In this document: one piece after another, positions 46,217 through 53,696 of the stretch
Numbering within the stretch: position 1 is the stretch's first letter
How the letters are laid out: each line of letters begins with the position of its first letter
Virus record (IMG/VR): IMGVR_UViG_3300040801_001224
Span: 62,001-126,000 of that record
DNA: 64,000 bases
Strand: one strand, 5' to 3'
Position numbers and translations under genes: made by a program
Notes under the pieces: generated by a model
What the model was told of the DNA's origin: nothing
The model's database searches: none
Seen by the model: the letters and a program-made list of their open reading frames with translations, nothing else

Positions 46217-49087
46217 ATGGCTGTACAGTATATTAATGTAGAAGGCATAAGCAACGCTACAAATACATTCCAGATTGGTGAGAATGGTGTTAAAATATTC
46301 CAGGGTAACGCTACGCCAACAGGCATGAATGCCAATGACGTTTGGATTAACACTAACGATGGTTCGATTAAATCATACAGTGGTTCATCATGGGATAACT
46401 TATCATTCGACAACCTTCGTATATCTGGAAATACTATTTCATCAGTGTCAGGCAGTATAGAAATAACGCCTGCTCTGGGTCAAGACGTTACAGTCAATGG
46501 GACACCAGTTTTAACGTCAGGCGCATCAAGCACAGACGACCTAACCGAAGGATCTAATTTATTCTTTACAGATGCCAGAGCAAGAAACGCAATCAGTTTA
46601 ACCACAAGTAATACAGGTGGTCTAAGCTCATTATCATTATCATATAACCCAACAACTGGACAATTTGATTTCGTAGGCCCAACGACAATTAACTTAGGTA
46701 CTGAAACAACTGGTGATTACCTATCATTTGTGACACAAGGTGATGGAATCACTGTTACTGGTACTCCTGGCGAAGGCGCATCACCAACTGTGGCAGTTAA
46801 TAATACAGTAGTCAGAACAACTGGTGCTCAGAGCATCGCAGGCACAAAAACATTTACTGATACAATTGATGGTGATATTACAGGTAACGCAGTCACGTCG
46901 GATGCGTGGTCAACAGCAAGAACGATAACCCTAACAGGCGCCGTGTCAGGTAGCACGTCAATAGATGGTTCAGGCAACGCGACAATCGCTACTACAGCGG
47001 GCGCATCAACAACACCTGCGATACTTTCAAATGGAACAGCACCGTCACTGAATGCTGGAATCACTGACGTAGAGATTCGCACTTTAATAGACGCACAACA
47101 GGCTGGCACGTACAACACAGTGATTGGTACTGATGTTGATTTAGATTTCACCGGCGCCAACATACTAGGGTCGATTGAACTGACTGACGGTGTGGTAACA
47201 GCATACTCAACCCGCACGTTATCTCCAGCAGATATTGGCGCACAGCCGGCAGGAACGTATAATACTATAATCGGTACTGATGTTGATTTAGATTTCACAG
47301 GTGCTAATGTGTTAGGATCGATTGATTTAACTGATGGCGTCGTAACAGCATATTCGAATCGCACATTAACGCCAAGCGATATTGGCGCACCACAGACTGA
47401 TGGTACAGGAGCAACAGGCACGTGGCCAATCAGCATAACGGGTAATGCGGCAACTGCTTCGGCTACGGCGCAAGCAACAGTGGCAGATCGTTGGACAACT
47501 GCCAGAACAATTACACTAACAGGTGATGTATTAGGTTCTGTGTCAATTGATGGTTCAGGAAACGTATCGTTAGCAACGACATTTTCAGGCGGTGGCAACT
47601 ATATCCACCCAACGTTTGATGGCGATGACATTAATATTGATACTACGCCGTTAACTGGCGCTACAGTCATTAGTGATTTAGACATTAATATTACAACAAA
47701 TAATGAAGGCCACGTAACCGACGCCAATGGCACTGTCTCAACACGTAACCTAACACCGGCAGATATTGGCGCACCAAGCACGACGGGTACTGGCGCAACA
47801 GGCACATGGCCTATTAGCATAACAGGTAATGCGGCAACAGCAACTACCGCATCGTCTGCGACAACTGCCACAAGCGCAACCACCGCAAATACAGCAACTA
47901 CCGCCAACAGATGGACTACAAGCAGAACATTAACTCTTGCTGGTGACATAACTGGTAGTGTGTCATTTGATGGGTCAAGCAATGTTACACTTAACACCAA
48001 CTTAGCAACTGTTGGTTATACCCACCCAACATTCACTGGCGATGATATTGACATCGACACTGGTGTCTTAGCTGGCGCCACTGTTATTAGTGATTTAGAC
48101 TTCAACATTACAACAAACACTGAAGGCCATGTTGTTGACGCAAACGGAACAGTATCTACGAGAAACTTAGTGCCATCAGACATAGGCGCACCGAGTACAA
48201 CAGGTGTTGGCGCTACAGGCACGTGGGGTATTAATGTCACAGGTACTGCGGCTTCAGCTACTACTGCGAGTCAACTAAGTAACGCAAGGACAATTAGTTT
48301 AACTGGTGATGTAACTGGTTCAACATCATTTAACGGTACTGCTAATGTTAGTATTGCGGCAACGGTAGCAAATGATAGTCACACTCATACATTTGATAAC
48401 TTAACTAGTAAAACTTTAGGAACAGGAAACTATTCTACAAATGGCTATTTCCAGGCCGGCAGAGGCTCTGGCAGTGTAGCAATGACGGTTAATGATGGTT
48501 CTGGCAATGCCAATGTTACCTTCAATCATATAGCTGGCACACCAGATGCCACTGGTAGCGCAGGCAGAATAGTATGTAACGTAGATTCACCAACTGCCGG
48601 AATGTTATTCCAGTTGGCCAACAATGCTACATCGGGCGTTGGTGTTGCTACACCTAACTCGTTTGGAATGACAACTTCCACCGTTACGTCGTATGTTGAC
48701 TTTGCCGTACAGGGAAGTGCTACAGTCACAGGCACAATGACGGCCAGTTCATATAATACTAGCTCGGATATGACCAAGAAAGAAAACGTGGAAGAATTCA
48801 TGTCATCAGATAATGAAATACAAGCATACACGTATAATTTCATAGATGATAAAGAAAAGCGAATTCATGTTGGTTATATTGCTCAGGATGTACAGAATAG
48901 TAGTTTAGACTTCACCGTGTCCACTGACACTGAAGGGAAGTTAGCATTAGACTACACTAGTATTCACACTGCTAAAATAGCAAAATTAGAGCAAGAAGTA
49001 GAAGACTTAAAACAAATTTCTAAAAACCAAGCAGAACAAATAGAAAGACTGTTTGATATAATCGATAGGTACATGGATGGCCTATAA
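46217..49087 (+). CDS. Tail fibre with C-terminal intramolecular chaperone (peptidase S74-like)
   Basis: Four ARTITLTGDVxGSxSxDGSxN repeats; C-terminal SSDMTKKENV...GYIAQDV...LDY...LEQEVEDLK; likely start MAVQY at 46217. Confidence 0.85.
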   Translation: MAVQYINVEGISNATNTFQIGENGVKIFQGNATPTGMNANDVWINTNDGSIKSYSGSSWDNLSFDNLRISGNTISSVSGSIEITPALGQDVTVNGTPVLTSGASSTDDLTEGSNLFFTDARARNAISLTTSNTGGLSSLSLSYNPTTGQFDFVGPTTINLGTETTGDYLSFVTQGDGITVTGTPGEGASPTVAVNNTVVRTTGAQSIAGTKTFTDTIDGDITGNAVTSDAWSTARTITLTGAVSGSTSIDGSGNATIATTAGASTTPAILSNGTAPSLNAGITDVEIRTLIDAQQAGTYNTVIGTDVDLDFTGANILGSIELTDGVVTAYSTRTLSPADIGAQPAGTYNTIIGTDVDLDFTGANVLGSIDLTDGVVTAYSNRTLTPSDIGAPQTDGTGATGTWPISITGNAATASATAQATVADRWTTARTITLTGDVLGSVSIDGSGNVSLATTFSGGGNYIHPTFDGDDINIDTTPLTGATVISDLDINITTNNEGHVTDANGTVSTRNLTPADIGAPSTTGTGATGTWPISITGNAATATTASSATTATSATTANTATTANRWTTSRTLTLAGDITGSVSFDGSSNVTLNTNLATVGYTHPTFTGDDIDIDTGVLAGATVISDLDFNITTNTEGHVVDANGTVSTRNLVPSDIGAPSTTGVGATGTWGINVTGTAASATTASQLSNARTISLTGDVTGSTSFNGTANVSIAATVANDSHTHTFDNLTSKTLGTGNYSTNGYFQAGRGSGSVAMTVNDGSGNANVTFNHIAGTPDATGSAGRIVCNVDSPTAGMLFQLANNATSGVGVATPNSFGMTTSTVTSYVDFAVQGSATVTGTMTASSYNTSSDMTKKENVEEFMSSDNEIQAYTYNFIDDKEKRIHVGYIAQDVQNSSLDFTVSTDTEGKLALDYTSIHTAKIAKLEQEVEDLKQISKNQAEQIERLFDIIDRYMDGL
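47105..48430 (+). repeat. Internal coding duplications in the tail fibre: 147-nt unit x2 and ~417-nt unit x2
   Basis: GTYNT(V/I)IGTDVDLDFTGAN at 47105 and 47252; Y(I/T)HPTFxGDD...STRNLxPxDIGAP at 47600 and 48017. Confidence 0.85.
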
Positions 49088-49824
49088 TGTCAGATTTTAA
49101 AAACAATGGTGTTGATTTAGATAGCCTATTTGAGTTGGGAGACACAGGAGCTCCTGCGACAGGATACTTGAATAATGGCCAAAACCTAGCGGATCGTTAC
49201 CAGGCCCTCGCTCGCGATCAGCAAATCCCAGATATTGATTATGAAAATAACGGCACAAATTTGTCACAAATTTTCATGGGCAATGCTGGGCAATACACGC
49301 TAACAAATAATAGACTTAATATTACAAGAACTATACCGTGGAACGGAAATATTGATGCGAGATTTACGGTGACGTTTTCTAATGTCACCGCCCGAACTAA
49401 CTTTTTTACGTTTGGTGGTAGAATTAAGATAAGTGGTTCACGAACAGGTGGCTCAAGCACACCTAAAAATACAGATTGGTCAAATATTTTGGCCGCAATG
49501 GGTACAATAGAATTAGGAAAAACGGCAACATACACTGGAACAAGTCAGACCAGCACTGTCGGATCTGATGACCTAACGGGTACTGATCAGGTGATCTATA
49601 ATGGATCAAATACTGGATCAGGTGTGTACGCTGAGAATGATCTAATAGTGTATGCCAGATCAACAAGTTCAAACGTAGTTGATTTCCGCATATTGTTGAG
49701 AGACCAAGACATAGGCGATCCAACAGTTGATGAAAATGTTGACGGAACATTAACGTTTGATGTAGACGAAAGACGCCATCCCACACAGAGCGCACCGACA
49801 TACACACTGACGAACGCATTATAA
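49087..49824 (+). CDS. Virion structural protein (fibre-associated)
   Basis: Overlaps the fibre stop (TAATG); T/G/N-rich beta composition. Confidence 0.6.
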   Translation: MSDFKNNGVDLDSLFELGDTGAPATGYLNNGQNLADRYQALARDQQIPDIDYENNGTNLSQIFMGNAGQYTLTNNRLNITRTIPWNGNIDARFTVTFSNVTARTNFFTFGGRIKISGSRTGGSSTPKNTDWSNILAAMGTIELGKTATYTGTSQTSTVGSDDLTGTDQVIYNGSNTGSGVYAENDLIVYARSTSSNVVDFRILLRDQDIGDPTVDENVDGTLTFDVDERRHPTQSAPTYTLTNAL

Positions 49825-49831
49825 ATAAAGG

Positions 49832-49860
49832 TTGACAATGCCACTATTATATAGTATACT
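49832..49860 (+). promoter_or_regulatory. sigma70-type promoter for the GGDEF-EAL operon
   Basis: TTGACA (49832-49837), 17 bp, TATACT (49855-49860); a TATAAATA lies just upstream at 49820-49827. Confidence 0.8.
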
Positions 49861-49920
49861 GAGTAGGATTGTGTGGTTCTAAGCCAGATAGTCCTATGCT
49901 TGTCTTAAGGAGGACAGTTG

Positions 49921-50055
49921 ATGTTGTATAAGAGTGATTATGTTTCTGAAGAAGAACGTAAAGATATTGAAAAAGCGTACAGTAGCAAAAAACAGAAACG
50001 TAAGTTACAAAATACAATACCTGTAAAAGGAAATGACAGAAGAAGTCAGAATTAA
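49921..50055 (+). CDS. 44-aa basic upstream ORF overlapping the GGDEF-EAL start (not in ORF track)
   Basis: AAGGAGG (49907-49913), 7 nt, ATG; MLYKSDYVSEEERKDIEKAYSSKKQKRKLQNTIPVKGNDRRSQN*. Confidence 0.55.
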   Translation: MLYKSDYVSEEERKDIEKAYSSKKQKRKLQNTIPVKGNDRRSQN

Positions 50056-52009
50056 TTTTTATAAGATTGCTCTTGTATACTGGGTAGTGTTTGCTCTATT
50101 TGAGCTTCTGATGCACAGCATTTATATGAGTGGAGCAGGCGCTTATAGCAAAGTTGCCATCGTCGAAGCGATTTTATTTATATCTGGCATTGTGCTAACA
50201 ATACTTGCCAAAAATTCTCTCAAAGACGAAAGCAAAAAGATATATGATGAGCAGTATGAGAGAAAGATCAGGGATCTAGCATCACGTTCACCAACAATGG
50301 GAAGTGACGAATATTTCTCAGTCCTAACAAAAAACATTATTGATGCTGTTGGCTGTGATTATGTTGTTATTGGACAAATAAATTATACTGATAATACTAG
50401 TAAACCATACATAACAACTAAGTCAGCTCGTGGTAGAAATAGAGAGTATCTCCAAACTGAAGTATTATTAAAGACGAGCAACTGTCAAGTAACTGTTCAG
50501 GACATTGAAGATGCTGACCTATCTAGAATATTTAAGGGCAAAAAAGGCAGACACATAAACATGCCACTAGTGTCTAGTGATAACGATATCCATGGTATCC
50601 TGTCTTGTATTTGGATCGGCCCTGATCATCCGCCCAAAACTGCCAAAAACGTACTCAAAATATTTTCGACACAGTGTCAGTCAGAACTTGAGCGATTACT
50701 TACTGAAGAAAAACTTAAATATCAGGCAACTCACGATGAGTTAACTGGCCTACCAAATCGAAACTTTGTAATGGAAAAGTTAAAAGGTATAGTTACTAAA
50801 TACAATTCGGGTGTCATAACTAATAAAACATATAACGTTTATTTTATTGACCTGGATGATTTTAAAGAAGTTAATGACGAATTTGGGCATGACGCTGGCG
50901 ACCAGTTATTAGTGGAGATATCAAGAAGATTGGAGTCATGTGTGAGGGAAGAAGACACGGTGGCAAGACTAGGAGGCGATGAGTTTGTTATTGTTGAAGC
51001 AGGATCAACGAATGTTTCTTCAATTTCGCTATCAGATAGAATTATCAATAAATTACAGCAAGCCGTAAATCTTCATGACAACGTTTCTGTTACCGTGACT
51101 GCTTCAGTCGGGCATTTATGTATTCCTGAAGATTCACAAGATGTGACTGAAATATTCAAGTATGCTGACTTTGCCATGTATTACGCTAAATCACTGGGTA
51201 AGAATGTTGGTGTTAAATTTACTCAAGAACTATTCCGTGATTGTCAGCAAGAAAAAGTTATTGAAGGAAAGCTCATTAGTGCCATTGAGAATAAAGAAAT
51301 TGACATGGCCATCCAGCCAATTGTTGATCATAATCAAAAGATAGTGAAAGGTGAGGTACTGGCAAGATGGTTCTCAGATGACATTAGTCTAACAATTGAA
51401 GATGTGATTAACATTGCTGAGAGACGTGGCCTTATCGTTGCGTTCAGTAAACACATATTTGAAAAGTCAGCTGAATACTGCTCAGAACTTAAATTCGAAC
51501 ATGGCATTTATGCTAGACTCGCTGTTAACTGCTCGCCACTACTGTTTAAGGATCCAGAGTTTGTGCCATATATTTCCAGTGTGTTTGATAAGTATAACAT
51601 AAGTCCTAAACAAATTACTCTTGAAATTACAGAGTCAGTAGCAAGTAAGCACAAGGAAATATTGCCTACTATTGTCGACTTAAAGAGTAGGGGATTTGAA
51701 CTGGCACTTGACGATTTCGGCAAGGGATATTCATCATTGAGTTTTCTAGAAACCTTGCCAATTGATGTAGTGAAACTTGATAGGGCATTGGTTACAGACG
51801 CAATTGGCAACAAGAAGAAGTCTACATTATTGAAAGCCGTAGCTGAGATTTGTAAGGTGTATGAATACAAGTTGGTTGCCGAGGGAATTGAAACTAAAAA
51901 AGACTTTGAGTTTTTGAAAAAATTGGGGTATGACTGGCTACAAGGATATTACTTTTCTAGACCGGTACCATCAGAAGAATACACAAAGTTATTGACACAG
52001 GAGAAATAA
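50033..52009 (+). CDS. Membrane-anchored GAF-GGDEF-EAL diguanylate cyclase / phosphodiesterase
   Basis: Two N-terminal hydrophobic helices; HDELTGLPNR, FIDLDDFKEVNDEFGHDAGD, REED I-site, RLGGDEF; EVLARW, VNCS, LEITES, DDFGKGYSS, VKLDR, AEGIE, LQGYYFSRP. Confidence 0.95.
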   Translation: MTEEVRINFYKIALVYWVVFALFELLMHSIYMSGAGAYSKVAIVEAILFISGIVLTILAKNSLKDESKKIYDEQYERKIRDLASRSPTMGSDEYFSVLTKNIIDAVGCDYVVIGQINYTDNTSKPYITTKSARGRNREYLQTEVLLKTSNCQVTVQDIEDADLSRIFKGKKGRHINMPLVSSDNDIHGILSCIWIGPDHPPKTAKNVLKIFSTQCQSELERLLTEEKLKYQATHDELTGLPNRNFVMEKLKGIVTKYNSGVITNKTYNVYFIDLDDFKEVNDEFGHDAGDQLLVEISRRLESCVREEDTVARLGGDEFVIVEAGSTNVSSISLSDRIINKLQQAVNLHDNVSVTVTASVGHLCIPEDSQDVTEIFKYADFAMYYAKSLGKNVGVKFTQELFRDCQQEKVIEGKLISAIENKEIDMAIQPIVDHNQKIVKGEVLARWFSDDISLTIEDVINIAERRGLIVAFSKHIFEKSAEYCSELKFEHGIYARLAVNCSPLLFKDPEFVPYISSVFDKYNISPKQITLEITESVASKHKEILPTIVDLKSRGFELALDDFGKGYSSLSFLETLPIDVVKLDRALVTDAIGNKKKSTLLKAVAEICKVYEYKLVAEGIETKKDFEFLKKLGYDWLQGYYFSRPVPSEEYTKLLTQEK

Positions 52010-52012
52010 AAA

Positions 52013-52378
52013 ATGGAATTTGAAAAGCCGAGTTATACTTATAACGCAACACTTTTGAAAGTTATTGATGGTGATACGATTGATGTAATGATTGATTTGG
52101 GTTGCTACACAAGCGTAAGAAAGCGTCTACGCTTCTTAGAGATTGACACTGAAGAATTGCGTGATCGTGATATTGAACGTAGAGAAGATGCGGCAGAAGC
52201 TAAAGAAAGAGTTACTAACTTATTGGAAAATGCTGATAAAATATATGTTCAAACCGTTATGGATTCAACAGGAAAATATGGGCGTCTATTAGCTTATGTT
52301 TGGTATGAAGATGAGTACGGTGTACAGAATTTAAATACTCAATTGTTGAGGGAAGGCTTCCAGAAGAAACCTAGATAA
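52013..52378 (+). CDS. Staphylococcal-nuclease (SNase/thermonuclease)-like protein
   Basis: VIDGDTI, RLRFLEIDTEE, GKYGRLLAYVW. Confidence 0.85.
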   Translation: MEFEKPSYTYNATLLKVIDGDTIDVMIDLGCYTSVRKRLRFLEIDTEELRDRDIERREDAAEAKERVTNLLENADKIYVQTVMDSTGKYGRLLAYVWYEDEYGVQNLNTQLLREGFQKKPR

Positions 52379-52404
52379 AAAAAGCGGCTAAAGCCGCTTT
52401 TTTC
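52377..52404. terminator. Bidirectional intrinsic terminator between convergent genes
   Basis: A8-GCGGC-TAAA-GCCGC-T6. Confidence 0.85.
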
Positions 52405-52427
52405 ATGTTTCAAAGTTTGATCACTTA

Positions 52428-52817
52428 TTAAGCGTCAACGTCAGTGTCATCACCTAAATCTGCATCTACTGAATCAGTAGCTGAATCAGCTTCTTTTGTA
52501 ATGTCACTCCATACGTAAAAACCACCAGCGAAACCGTATACACGGTGTGCCGTAATTTTACGTGCGTAGTCTGCTCCACCGTTAATTGCAATGCTCATTT
52601 CGCCTGGTGCCGCCGGAGCGCCATCAACTAATTTGCATACCAATGTAGTTAAGCCGGTAGCCGCATCAGCCACCTCAAACTTGCGGTTCGAACGTTGACG
52701 AACAATGTAACATGCTTCAGCCGCAATCCCGCCTTCAAACCATGCGGAACCAGTGATCTGAAATCCATCGCCACCTGCGTCAGGTCCGAAATACTTAGAA
52801 TCAATCGGTCTACCCAT
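52428..52817 (-). CDS. Conserved-looking late (probably virion) protein
   Basis: MGRPIDSKYFG start; RBS AGGAG; GATAAATA on the - strand at 52851-52858. Confidence 0.6.
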   Translation of the reverse strand: MGRPIDSKYFGPDAGGDGFQITGSAWFEGGIAAEACYIVRQRSNRKFEVADAATGLTTLVCKLVDGAPAAPGEMSIAINGGADYARKITAHRVYGFAGGFYVWSDITKEADSATDSVDADLGDDTDVDA

Positions 52818-52893
52818 TTTTAAATTCTCCTATATAAATGGTTGTACCGATATTTATCACAATCATACAGAAAAAATAGATAAATATAGGACT

Positions 52894-53190
52894 ATGGAAA
52901 AAATAAATTATACACCGGATATTAACGCAATTGTGTCTATCCCTGAGATAGCAGAAGCTTTAGGTACCGCAGTATCAGTATTAGATGTTTGGTTCCCTCA
53001 CGTATCAAAGAATATAGTCTTACGATGGGGCAAGCCAGAATTCGCTGAATACTATGGCACCCTTGTTCAGACAACACGCCCTCACAGGCAAGGATTCCCT
53101 TTTGATGCCCTAAATGAAATAAGCATCATAGCAGACGTCCATAATGAACTATTCCCACAATACAAATCAGACCTAAGAATATTCATGTAG
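52894..53190 (+). CDS. Hypothetical protein
   Basis: 98-aa ORF after GATAAATA (52879-52886) and AGGA. Confidence 0.55.
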   Translation: MEKINYTPDINAIVSIPEIAEALGTAVSVLDVWFPHVSKNIVLRWGKPEFAEYYGTLVQTTRPHRQGFPFDALNEISIIADVHNELFPQYKSDLRIFM

Positions 53191-53294
53191 GTGTTATAGT
53201 CAGGTATAACACCCTGTTACATTTTCTTCACTTTTCGTTACACTCTATTAATATTTTAATCTATAAATATTAGTATAGAACAAGGAGAAGTGTG

Positions 53295-53438
53295 ATGTCT
53301 ATTCTATTAATTATATTTGTTTCAATGCTGTTAGCTTGGAACTATTTTGAGCAACCAGAATGGTGTAGATCGTTTTGGGAGTGGATTTCTAACGTCTGGA
53401 ATAGTCCGGAAAAAGAAAAAGAAGTGGAGGAAAAATAA
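53295..53438 (+). CDS. 47-aa single-pass membrane protein (not in ORF track)
   Basis: AAGGAG RBS; MSILLIIFVSMLLAWNYF...EKEKEVEEK*. Confidence 0.55.
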   Translation: MSILLIIFVSMLLAWNYFEQPEWCRSFWEWISNVWNSPEKEKEVEEK

Positions 53439-53602
53439 TGGGTATTGTAATAGCAACAGGTCTAAGCATAGCGGCAATTATTGCGGCACGTAGACATAAA
53501 AATAGTGATCCGGGCACCGGTAAAGTGGTAGCAGGATTTGGTATATTTTTACTATTAGTTGCCATAGGCAACGCAGGCCATCAAACATGGCACATTTGTT
53601 AA
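53438..53602 (+). CDS. 54-aa two-helix membrane protein (not in ORF track)
   Basis: TAATG overlap with the preceding ORF, GGAGG upstream; two hydrophobic segments. Confidence 0.55.
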   Translation: MGIVIATGLSIAAIIAARRHKNSDPGTGKVVAGFGIFLLLVAIGNAGHQTWHIC

Positions 53603-53631
53603 CTAAATAGTTCTGTTAACCCATATACTGG

Positions 53632-53660
53632 TTGACAGGACCACTTTCTTCCTGTATAAT
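53632..53660 (+). promoter_or_regulatory. sigma70-type promoter for rIIA
   Basis: TTGACA, 17 bp, TATAAT. Confidence 0.85.
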
Positions 53661-53696
53661 GATGTTATTAAGTTAACAAATGCAGGAAGGAAGTTT

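Noticed and set aside
39743-49087. Diversity-generating retroelement or invertible fibre cassette
   Set aside because: No reverse transcriptase, invertase, or adenine-specific TR/VR pair was seen; the paralog differences are not A-restricted.
49861-49920. c-di-GMP-I/II riboswitch ahead of the GGDEF-EAL gene
   Set aside because: The leader is short and lacks the GGCAAAC / GNRA-receptor consensus.
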